From Clostridia bacterium (GTDB taxonomy: Bacteria; Bacillota; Clostridia; Oscillospirales; Acutalibacteraceae): a stretch of 28,252 bases of DNA. A program made the position numbers and the translations under genes. The stretch spans positions 1 to 28,252 of the forward strand of contig JAFOXT010000409.1 in the NCBI GenBank assembly GCA_017425745.1. Direction: 5' to 3'. Every line of letters begins with the position of its first letter. Positions within the stretch are counted from its first letter, which is position 1. This document shows positions 8,948-17,073 of this stretch, piece by piece. A model generated the notes under the pieces. It did not search any database. It was not told the origin of the DNA and was given only the letters and a program-made list of their open reading frames with translations.

Positions 8948-9622
8948 TTAAAACTGTTTTTTCTGAAGCGTCAACGGAAAATACTCATTTCCCGATTTTT
9001 TAACAACATCATATATATTACTCTCAACCGAAGAAAAAAGCAAGGGTAAAGATGTTATTTTACAAAGTTTTTTCACTTCATTTTCTGTGGAAAATATATC
9101 CTCTTTTGTCGTTAAAGCTCCAAGATTGGAGTTGTTGACAATTGCTGTAAATTTAAGAGAGCTTACCGCTTCAATTTCTCTCATAATCTCAACAGCATCT
9201 TCAGCTGTTCTTGTAATAGGTCTGAAAAAATTAACAACGAAAATCATTTCATAATTATCTTCGCTTTTAATTGCATTTGCAAGCCTGCCGAGAACAACAG
9301 AGCCTGCATCGTCGCCGCCGATATCAAGAACTGCATAGCTGTTTTTATCATTAATAATTCTGTTAATTGTAAAAGGCAACGCAGGAATATCAAGATTGGT
9401 TGCAGCAAACTCAGAACATATGAGGTCAATCCCCTCTTCCTTCAACTCGTTTTCACTATCCTTGGAGCGGAAATATGGATTAACTATATCCAAGTCTGCA
9501 AGGGCAACCGATTTGCCGCTTTTTTTAAGCTCTTTTGCAAAATTAACTGCAATATTGGTCTTACCACTGCCGTAGTGACCTGCAAAAATCACTACTCGCT
9601 TACTGTTATCAATATATCTCAT
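8948..9622 (-). CDS. Uncharacterised P-loop ATPase of MinD/ParA/CobQ (SIMIBI)-like type
   Basis: Walker A GHYGSGKT, ADLDIVNPYFR, VLDIGGD, VNNSN. Its ATG lies 2 nt after the upstream stop (TAAttATG). Confidence 0.8.
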   Translation of the reverse strand: MRYIDNSKRVVIFAGHYGSGKTNIAVNFAKELKKSGKSVALADLDIVNPYFRSKDSENELKEEGIDLICSEFAATNLDIPALPFTINRIINDKNSYAVLDIGGDDAGSVVLGRLANAIKSEDNYEMIFVVNFFRPITRTAEDAVEIMREIEAVSSLKFTAIVNNSNLGALTTKEDIFSTENEVKKLCKITSLPLLFSSVESNIYDVVKKSGNEYFPLTLQKKQF

Positions 9623-9624
9623 AA

Positions 9625-11886
9625 TTACAGCTTGTTTCTCTGAATCTTGCCGCTGATTGTTTTGGGAAGCTCATCACGGAAGACTACTATTCTGGGATAT
9701 TTATAAGGAGCGGTATTCTTCTTAACATAGTTCTGAATTTCTTTCTTAAGCTCTTCTGTCGGTTCAGTACCCTTTGTGAGAACAATACTTGCTTTTACAA
9801 CCTGACCTCTCATATCATCAGGAGCAGCAGAAACACCGCATTCAAGAACATAAGGAAGCTCCATGATTACGTTTTCAATTTCAAAGGGTCCTATACGGTA
9901 GCCTGATGACTTAATAACATCATCGATACGGCTTACATACCAATAGTAACCGTCTTCATCGCACCAAGCAGTATCACCTGTATGATACATACCGTCATAC
10001 CATACTTCGTTTGTCTTTTCATCATCATTGTAGTAGCCCTTGAAAAGACCGCAAGGAATCTTCTTATCAGTTCTTACAACAATTTCACCTGTTTCACCAA
10101 CAGCACATTCTTTTCCGTCGGGATCAACAATTGCAATATCATAGCAGGGAACGGGCTTACCCATAGCGCCCGGCTTAGGTATTGTTCCTGCAAGGTTAGC
10201 GATTGTAAGGGTTGTTTCGGTTTGGCCGAAGCCTTCCATAATTACAATGCCTGTAGCCTTTTCAAATTGATAGAACACTTCAGGATTAAGAGCTTCACCT
10301 GCAGTTGTTGCATATCTGATTGAAGAAAGATCATATTTTGAAAGATCCTCCTTGATAAGCATTCTGTACATTGTGGGAGGAGCACAGAATGTTGTGATAT
10401 GATACTTAGCAAACATAGGAAGAATTTCAGAAGCATTAAATCTGTCAAAGTCAAATGTAAATACTGCACCTTCACACATCCACTGACCGTAGAACTTGCC
10501 CCACATTGCCTTACCCCAACCTGTGTCGGAAATTGTAAGGTGAAGGTCGCTGGGCTGAATTGTGTGCCAGTATCTTGCTGTTATAAAGTGACCGAGAGCA
10601 TACTTAAATGAGTGTGCAGCAATCTTCGGATATCCTGTTGTGCCTGAAGTGAAGAACATAAGCATTGTATCATCACCGCAGGCTGTATCCTCAGTACGGG
10701 CATAAATACTTCTGAAAAGCTTATATTCAGTATCGAAATTATGCCAGCCCTCTCTGTCAGCACCGACAATAATCTTATATTCAAGCGCACCGTAGGTTGC
10801 GGCAGCCCTATCAATGTGGTCAGCAACAGCGCCGTCTGCAGTACAGACAATAGCCTTGACACCCGCAGCCTTAAAGCGATATTCAAAATCGTGCTCTACG
10901 AGCTGATTTGTTGCAGGAATAATTACTGCACCGATTTTGTGAAGAGCAAGAGCAGTAATCCAGAACTGATAGTGACGCTTAAGCACAAGCATTACTCTGT
11001 CGCCCTTTTTGATGCCGAGAGAAAGGAAGTAGTTGGCTGCACGGGCAGATTCCTTTTTCATATCCTTATAGGTGAATCTTCTTTCCGTCTTGTCATTTGA
11101 AATATGAAGCATTGCAAGCTTATCGGGATATTTATCGGCAACAGCATCAACGATATCAAAAGCAAAGTTAAAACTGTCCTCATTTTTGTAATCGAGCTTT
11201 TTAAGAACACCGTTTTCATCCTCTTCGGCTACTATGAACTTTTTCACCTCAAGGTTATGCTCAGCCTTTGCTGTTACAAAGGTTTTTTCAATATCCTTTG
11301 TGTCTGCCTTTTCGTCGTCAGAGATAACAACTGCAAGGAAGGTGCAGTCCTCACCGTCAACGGCAATCATACCGTGAGGTGACGAGCTCTTGTAATAGAT
11401 GCTGTCACCTTCTTCAAGAATTTCCGTGTGGTTACCAACACGCACCTTGAGCTTACCTGAAAGAACGATATCGAACTCCTGACCGCCGTGGGTAATTGTA
11501 TGAATGGGCTTATTCTGAAGCTCTTCTCTGTATTCATATTTTGCAAGATAGGGCTCAGCAAGCTTCTTTCTGAACAAAGGTGCAAGGTTATTGATTTCAA
11601 TTCCGTCTTCCTTTGACGTAATTTTACCCTGACCCTTTCTTGTAACGGTATAAGATGAAAGGTTGCTGCTTTTACCTTCAAGAAGGTCAGTCTTACCAAT
11701 ACCGAAAGCCTTTGCACATTTGTGGATAAACGAAAAAGGAAAATCTACTGTGCCTAATTCATATTCACAGTACTGCTCAACAGTAATGTCTGTTTTTGCA
11801 GCCATTTCCTCAACGCTGAATCCACACACCTCACGCATTTCTTTAATTCGTGATGCAACCTCCATAAGTTGATTGTTCATTTCCAT
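9625..11886 (-). CDS. Fusion: XRE-type HTH + cupin regulator domain + medium/branched-chain acyl-CoA synthetase (Methanosarcina AAE/MACS-like)
   Basis: Residues ~1-70 are HTH (RIKEMREVCGFSVEEMA...YELG) and ~110-190 are cupin (THGGQEF...GDSIYYKSSSPH). Then NFAFDIVD, FTSGTTGYPK, SDTGWGKAMWGKFYGQW, EGFGQTET, YHTGD and PKTISGK, closely recalling the M. acetivorans acyl-adenylating enzyme. Confidence 0.9.
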   Translation of the reverse strand: MEMNNQLMEVASRIKEMREVCGFSVEEMAAKTDITVEQYCEYELGTVDFPFSFIHKCAKAFGIGKTDLLEGKSSNLSSYTVTRKGQGKITSKEDGIEINNLAPLFRKKLAEPYLAKYEYREELQNKPIHTITHGGQEFDIVLSGKLKVRVGNHTEILEEGDSIYYKSSSPHGMIAVDGEDCTFLAVVISDDEKADTKDIEKTFVTAKAEHNLEVKKFIVAEEDENGVLKKLDYKNEDSFNFAFDIVDAVADKYPDKLAMLHISNDKTERRFTYKDMKKESARAANYFLSLGIKKGDRVMLVLKRHYQFWITALALHKIGAVIIPATNQLVEHDFEYRFKAAGVKAIVCTADGAVADHIDRAAATYGALEYKIIVGADREGWHNFDTEYKLFRSIYARTEDTACGDDTMLMFFTSGTTGYPKIAAHSFKYALGHFITARYWHTIQPSDLHLTISDTGWGKAMWGKFYGQWMCEGAVFTFDFDRFNASEILPMFAKYHITTFCAPPTMYRMLIKEDLSKYDLSSIRYATTAGEALNPEVFYQFEKATGIVIMEGFGQTETTLTIANLAGTIPKPGAMGKPVPCYDIAIVDPDGKECAVGETGEIVVRTDKKIPCGLFKGYYNDDEKTNEVWYDGMYHTGDTAWCDEDGYYWYVSRIDDVIKSSGYRIGPFEIENVIMELPYVLECGVSAAPDDMRGQVVKASIVLTKGTEPTEELKKEIQNYVKKNTAPYKYPRIVVFRDELPKTISGKIQRNKL

Positions 11887-11913
11887 TATGATCGCCTCCG
11901 AACAATTAATTTT

Positions 11914-11954
11914 AAAAAAAAATAAACCCGTCTCAAGATAATCCTGAGACGAGT
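11914..11954 (-). terminator. Terminator of the Ile T-box leader
   Basis: ACTCGTCTCAGGA-tta-TCTTGAGACGGGT followed by TTATTTTTTTTT. Confidence 0.92.
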
Positions 11955-12200
11955 AAAATAACTATACCCGCGGTACCACTCAAATTGCGAATTAACCGCC
12001 ACCTTCAAGCTCTGACAAGCTCTATGCACTAACGTAGCATTCACGAAAGACATCTACTTGCTTAAAGCTTTCGGGTCTTCAGCTCAGAAGTGATAGGATA
12101 ATGAAAACTTGCAATACCGACTTTACACCACCGTCGGCTCTCTGAAAAAGCTTATTTTCGTCCGTCTTCGTCACAGCTTTTGTTGAAATATTGAAATGTT
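11914..12200 (-). promoter_or_regulatory. T-box riboswitch leader, Ile specifier (AUC), transcriptional type
   Basis: Stem I with TGTGA K-turn strand, AGAGA and GGTG motifs. Specifier loop tcct-ATC-A-cttc (ATC at 12092-12094). Stem II AGTA/GAA, F-box-like ACGTTA, T-box AATTTGAGTGGTACCGCGG (11969-11987). Antiterminator GAG-UGGUACC-GCGGGUA..UACUCGU-CUC competes with the terminator. Confidence 0.92.
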
Positions 12201-12206
12201 GAATGT

Positions 12207-12235
12207 ATTTTATCACCTTAAAGCGCGAATGTCAA
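12207..12235 (-). promoter_or_regulatory. Sigma-A promoter of the Ile T-box operon
   Basis: TTGACA (12230-12235), 17 bp, TAAAAT (12207-12212) with extended TG. Confidence 0.85.
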
Positions 12236-12266
12236 TACATTTTTAAAAAATTTTTTTCTGATAAAA

Positions 12267-13073
12267 TCAGGGCAGTCTGATATCAAATAGCTCAGCAGCA
12301 TTTTCGTAATAAATTTTTCTGTATTCTTCATCACCAAGCTTCAGAGCTTCAAGATATTCATATTCGTCTTTATAGGACCACATTGGAAAATCTGTTCCGA
12401 ATATTACCTTATCGGCACCGTATTTTTCTATTATTTCCTTTGCTTTTTCCTTTTTAAGCCAATGAAAGCTTGACGAAGTATCAACATAGAAATTCTTGCA
12501 GCCGCTGAGCACATCAGAGGCTTCTTCCCACACTGACCAACCTCCGAAATGTGCGCCGATAACAGTGAGCTCAGGGAATCTTTCAAGAACATCTGCCATT
12601 CTATCCGGATTTGAGAAATCATATCTGTAATCACCTGTATGAAGAAGCACCGGTAGCTCTGCTTCACTGCACGCCTTATAAATAGAAAACAGTCTTTCAT
12701 CATTAATTCTGAATTTCTGAAAATCCGGATGAAGCTTAACACCCTTAAGACCGAGAGCTTTAATATTTTCTATTTCTGAAGCTACATTTTCAGTGTCGGG
12801 ATGGAGAGCTCCGAGCCCTGTGAATCTCCCCTCGCCCTCCTTGACACAGTTTGAAATAAAGCTGTTTATAGAGCCTACCTGATGCGGTGTTGTCGCAACC
12901 GAAAATATAATGTTGTGACAAACGCCTATTTGATTTCCTTTTTCAATAAGTGTTGAAGCCTTACCGTCATAGCACATCGGCAAATCATAGAAGCTGCCTA
13001 TACCTTCAACTGCCTTTTCCGCAATCTTATCAGGATAAATATGACAGTGAGAGTCAATAATAGGATATTGCAT
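12267..13073 (-). CDS. Amidohydrolase_2 family metallo-hydrolase of unknown substrate
   Basis: IDSHCH, GVKLHP, VLLHTG, GAHFGG, YVDTS, IFGTDFP. RBS GGGAG supports the ATG at 13073 (MQYP) rather than 13088. Confidence 0.88.
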   Translation of the reverse strand: MQYPIIDSHCHIYPDKIAEKAVEGIGSFYDLPMCYDGKASTLIEKGNQIGVCHNIIFSVATTPHQVGSINSFISNCVKEGEGRFTGLGALHPDTENVASEIENIKALGLKGVKLHPDFQKFRINDERLFSIYKACSEAELPVLLHTGDYRYDFSNPDRMADVLERFPELTVIGAHFGGWSVWEEASDVLSGCKNFYVDTSSSFHWLKKEKAKEIIEKYGADKVIFGTDFPMWSYKDEYEYLEALKLGDEEYRKIYYENAAELFDIRLP

Positions 13074-13087
13074 CTTAGTTACTCCCA

Positions 13088-15607
13088 TTATGCTGTTTCA
13101 ACTGAGTCGGCCTTCTGAAGTCCGTATCTCTTTACTGCATCTTCTCTCATCTGATACTTAAGAATCTTGCCTGCAGCATTCATCGGGAATGAATCAACAA
13201 AATCAACGTATCTGGGCACCTTATGCTTAGCCATATGGTCTCTTACGAATTGCTTCATTTCATCAACTGTCATGCTTTCGCCTTCCTTGAGAATGATGCA
13301 TGCAGCAATTTCTTCACCGTACTGCTCGTCAGGCACACCAATAACCTGAACGTCGCTTACCTTGGGATGAGTGTAGATAAACTCTTCAATTTCCTTGGGA
13401 TAAATGTTTTCACCACCGCGGATAATCATATCCTTAAGTCGACCTGTGATTTTGTAGTTACCGTCTTCTGTCTTGCAAGCAAGGTCACCGGTATGAAGCC
13501 AACCGTCTTTATCAATTGCAGAAGCAGTTGCCTTGGGCATCTTATAATAACCCTTCATTATGTTGTAGCCGCGTGCTACGAATTCACCGATTTCACCAAC
13601 AGGTAAATCTTCACCGGTTTCAGGGTCAACAATTTTACATTCAATTTCAGGAAGTGCTCTGCCGACTGTTGATACACGAACTTCAATGGGGTCGTCAGTT
13701 GAACTCATTGTGCATCCGGGAGAAGCCTCTGTCTGTCCGTAAACGATTGTGATTTCGCTCATATGCATCTTTTCAACAACGTCTTTCATTGTTGCGATAG
13801 GACAAGGTGAACCCGCCATAATACCTGTTCTCATATGTGAGAAGTCGGTCTTTTCAAAATCGGGATGCTCAAGCATTGCAATAAACATTGTAGGAACGCC
13901 ATGGAAAGCAGTAATTTTTTCTTGATTTACACATGCAAGTGACGGCTTCGGAGTAAAGTAAGGCAACGGATAAAGTGTTGCGCCATGAGTCATTGAAGCG
14001 GTCATTGCAAGAACCATACCGAAGCAATGGAACATAGGAACCTGAATCATCATTCTGTCTGCAGTTGAAAGATCCATTCTGTCACCGATACACTTACCGT
14101 TATTTACAACGTTATAATGTGTAAGCATAACGCCCTTGGGGAAGCCTGTTGTACCTGATGTATACTGCATATTACATACATCGTTGGGGTCAACTGTAGC
14201 TGCAATTCTGTAAACCTCTTCAAGAGGTACATTTTCACTTCTTTCAATTGCTTCTTCCCAAGTAAGACAGCCCTTCTTTTTAAAGCCTACAGTAATTACA
14301 TTTCTGAGGAAAGGAAGTCTGTGGCAATGAAGCGGCTGACCGGGCTTTGTAGTTTCAAGCTCAGGACAAAGCTCACCAACAATGTCAGCATAATGTGAAT
14401 CACGGTAGCCTTCAACAAGAATAAGTGTATGTGTGTCTGACTGCTTGAGAAGGTATTCAAGCTCGTGAATTTTATAAGCTGTGTTAACTGTTACAAGAAC
14501 TGCACCGATTTTTGTTGCAGCCCAGAATGCAATATACCACTGAGGAATGTTTGTAGCCCATACTGCAACGTGACTTCCGGGCTTAACGCCGAGAGCAAGG
14601 AAAGCTCTGCAGCATTCATCTACATCGTCACGGAATTCAGCATATGTTCTTGTATAATCAAGGGTTGTGTATTTGAAAGCATACTGGTCAGGGAATTCCT
14701 CAACCATTTTATCAAGCACCTGAGAGAAGGTTTTATCGATAAGTGCTTCTTTCTTCCATACAAATCTGCCGTCGCCTTTTTTATTTCTGTAAAGGTGATT
14801 TTTCTTTCTCGACGGAGCCTGGAATTTCTGCATATACTGTGAAAAATGTGAGAATATTACATCAATTTCAGTAAAATCTTCCATCCATAAAGGATTCCAT
14901 TCAAGTGAAATGTAACCGCTGTAATTTACTGATGAAAGAGCATTGATAACACTTTCAACAGGAAGCTCGCCTTCACCGATAAGACAGTACTGTCTTTCGC
15001 CGTCTACAATATGAGAATCCTTGATATGAACATGCTTGACAAAAGCACCGAGGTTTGTAATTGTAACGTCAGTTTCTTCGCCCTGCTCACAGAAGGTGTG
15101 ATAAACGTCCCACAAAGCTGCAACGGAATCACAAGCAAAGTTCATAAGAACATCGCGAAGCTTTGTTGTATCTGAGAACATACCGCAGGTTTCAATAAGA
15201 ACGGTAACATTCTTTGTTTCAGCATAGCTTACAAATTTGTCAAGACAGCTGATAACATTCTCAGTTGCATTTTCATTTTTACCTGATGCGTATACTCTTA
15301 CATAAGGTACATTAATACCTGCAGCAAAATCAATACATTCCTTGATATGTTCAGCGTTTTCATCAATTTTGTCTGATGAAATATCAACACTTATGTCAAA
15401 GCAAGGTACAGAAATGCCGTTATCTCTGAGCTCACGCATTGTAGCAACAGAGTTATACTGATGGAAAGGTCCGTTCTTTTCAACAAGGTCAGAACCGATT
15501 ACATTATGAAGTTCAATACCTGTAAAGAAATTTTCCTTGGCGAGCTCAACAAAATCGTTCCAGGAATAATCCTTCCATCCGTTTATTGAAAAAGAAAGCT
15601 TCATCAT
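13088..15607 (-). CDS. Fusion: xylose-isomerase-like/AP-endonuclease-2 TIM barrel + acyl-CoA synthetase (AMP-forming)
   Basis: N-terminal ~265 aa with metal-site motifs VLIET, WDVYH, HVHIKD and ISLEW. C-terminal ~550 aa with QYTSGTTGFPKGVMLTH, YGQTE, LHTGD, RLKDMIIRGGENIYP and PMNAAGK. RBS GAGGAGG. Confidence 0.88.
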   Translation of the reverse strand: MMKLSFSINGWKDYSWNDFVELAKENFFTGIELHNVIGSDLVEKNGPFHQYNSVATMRELRDNGISVPCFDISVDISSDKIDENAEHIKECIDFAAGINVPYVRVYASGKNENATENVISCLDKFVSYAETKNVTVLIETCGMFSDTTKLRDVLMNFACDSVAALWDVYHTFCEQGEETDVTITNLGAFVKHVHIKDSHIVDGERQYCLIGEGELPVESVINALSSVNYSGYISLEWNPLWMEDFTEIDVIFSHFSQYMQKFQAPSRKKNHLYRNKKGDGRFVWKKEALIDKTFSQVLDKMVEEFPDQYAFKYTTLDYTRTYAEFRDDVDECCRAFLALGVKPGSHVAVWATNIPQWYIAFWAATKIGAVLVTVNTAYKIHELEYLLKQSDTHTLILVEGYRDSHYADIVGELCPELETTKPGQPLHCHRLPFLRNVITVGFKKKGCLTWEEAIERSENVPLEEVYRIAATVDPNDVCNMQYTSGTTGFPKGVMLTHYNVVNNGKCIGDRMDLSTADRMMIQVPMFHCFGMVLAMTASMTHGATLYPLPYFTPKPSLACVNQEKITAFHGVPTMFIAMLEHPDFEKTDFSHMRTGIMAGSPCPIATMKDVVEKMHMSEITIVYGQTEASPGCTMSSTDDPIEVRVSTVGRALPEIECKIVDPETGEDLPVGEIGEFVARGYNIMKGYYKMPKATASAIDKDGWLHTGDLACKTEDGNYKITGRLKDMIIRGGENIYPKEIEEFIYTHPKVSDVQVIGVPDEQYGEEIAACIILKEGESMTVDEMKQFVRDHMAKHKVPRYVDFVDSFPMNAAGKILKYQMREDAVKRYGLQKADSVETA

Positions 15608-15610
15608 AAT

Positions 15611-17023
15611 TTATGCCTCCTCGTATACAATCTTGTTTACAGCGTTAAGATAAGCTCTGATGCTGGCGCCGATAATGTCGGTTGAAATACCCTTGCCTGA
15701 GTAGAGCTTTCCGTCGCTGCGAAGCTTAACAAGAGCTGAGCCCATAGCTTCACGGCCTTCAGTTACTGACTGAATCTGGAAATCATCAAGCTCATAATGT
15801 CTGCCGATAATCTGCTCAATTGCAAGGAAAGCAGCATCGATGGGGCCGTCACCGTTTGAAAGACCGCTGATTTTTTCGTCGTTCTTTCTGAGGGTAATAT
15901 TTGCAGTTGCTGAAATAACATTACCGCTGTTAATTACATATGATTCAATGAAATAAGTTGTGGGCACCTGCATTGCAGCTGAAGCAATAATCGCATCAAG
16001 CTCCTTAGCACCAACAGTTTTGTTACGGCTTACACGCTTGAAAGCCTCAAACACCTTTGAAATATCTTCCTGTGAAAGATCATAGCCGAGACCCTTTACA
16101 GCCTTAGAAACTGCAGTTATATCATCGTGATCATTAAGCACGAGATCGCTTGCAACACTACCTACACCAAAATCAAAAGCTGAATTCTTACTCTTCTTTG
16201 AATTTGCAATCCAATCAATCTGCTTTGAAATTCTGCCGAATTCTGTCATTCTGATTGATGTGTCAACACTGAGCTCATCACTGTGAATTCTGACTGCCTT
16301 ACAAACAGGTTCAAGGTTAGCAGATTCACTGCCGTTAATTGATGAAACCTTAATTTCTCTTACACCTGATTTAATTGCAGAAATACAGCATGCGCATGAC
16401 ATATTAACCTCGTCACTGCACTGAATACCTACTGTTACATCAGCAACTGCAGGTACTGCACTGTAAATATCATCAATAAAGGTTGAAATTTCGTCTGCAA
16501 GCATAGTGCCGGCTGTATCGCTGAGAGTTACAACTGAAGCGCCTGCAGCAACAGCAGTATCAATTGCTTTATAAAGGAAGTCTGCTTCACTTCTTGTAGC
16601 ATCGTCAGCAACAAACTCAACTTCAAAGCCAAGTGCTTTAGCCTTTGAAACAAGCTCCTTAATCATTTCAAGAACCATAGGAGGCTTTTTCTTGCAGATA
16701 TATTCCATCTGTACTGTTGAGGTAGGTACAACAATCTGAATTCTTGCTTTAACAGCCTCTTTAAGTGCATCAGCAACTCTTTCAACATCCTGCTCAGCAA
16801 GATTTACGGGCACAGCAATAACGCTGTGCTTTACGCATGAAGCAATTGACTTTATAAGAAGAACATCTGTTGTCTCCTTTACAATTGCAGGAAGCTCGAT
16901 TACAGAAACATTCACTTTGTCGAGAAGCTTAGCAATTTCAATCTTCTCTCTGAATGAAAGTGAATAATCCGCACCCTTAGCTGCTTGTTTTAAAGTAATG
17001 TCAGCAATTGATAATTTTTCCAT
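15611..17023 (-). CDS. 2-isopropylmalate synthase (LeuA) homolog with degenerate catalytic site and intact C-terminal regulatory domain
   Basis: LeuA-like barrel (EFVADDATRS, SDTAG) and regulatory domain (GDGPIDAAF, TEGREAMG, STDIIGAS). DTTLRDGEQ reads DITLKQAAK and HCHND reads QCSDE. RBS AAGGAG supports the ATG at 17023 (470 aa). Confidence 0.85.
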   Translation of the reverse strand: MEKLSIADITLKQAAKGADYSLSFREKIEIAKLLDKVNVSVIELPAIVKETTDVLLIKSIASCVKHSVIAVPVNLAEQDVERVADALKEAVKARIQIVVPTSTVQMEYICKKKPPMVLEMIKELVSKAKALGFEVEFVADDATRSEADFLYKAIDTAVAAGASVVTLSDTAGTMLADEISTFIDDIYSAVPAVADVTVGIQCSDEVNMSCACCISAIKSGVREIKVSSINGSESANLEPVCKAVRIHSDELSVDTSIRMTEFGRISKQIDWIANSKKSKNSAFDFGVGSVASDLVLNDHDDITAVSKAVKGLGYDLSQEDISKVFEAFKRVSRNKTVGAKELDAIIASAAMQVPTTYFIESYVINSGNVISATANITLRKNDEKISGLSNGDGPIDAAFLAIEQIIGRHYELDDFQIQSVTEGREAMGSALVKLRSDGKLYSGKGISTDIIGASIRAYLNAVNKIVYEEA

Positions 17024-17073
17024 TTTAAAAACTCCTTTTACATTTTTTAGATGATCTGAAGAGTATAACAAAG

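Noticed and set aside
8675-9049. 124-aa plus-strand ORF
   Set aside because: Antisense to the ferredoxin, vorB and ATPase genes, which have clear motifs and RBSs.
12093-12095. Tyr (UAU) as specifier of the first T-box
   Set aside because: The register codon + purine + 4-bp helix + TGAGC matches the Leu leader only when read as AUC-A, and downstream genes are BCAA-related.
12239-12253. CodY-box-like AATTTTTTAAAAATG upstream of the Ile promoter
   Set aside because: Three mismatches to AATTTTCWGAAAATT in nearly pure A/T sequence; expected by chance.
13088-15607. NRPS or natural-product cluster interpretation of the two adenylation enzymes
   Set aside because: No carrier protein, condensation, thioesterase or PPTase gene; motifs match stand-alone CoA ligases and T-box control points to primary metabolism.
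15611-17071. Calling this gene a functional leuA or cimA, or a pseudogene; also the 17071 start
   Set aside because: Catalytic DRE and HxH residues are absent, yet the ORF is intact with no frameshift. The 17071 start lacks an RBS and lies at the T-box terminator tail.
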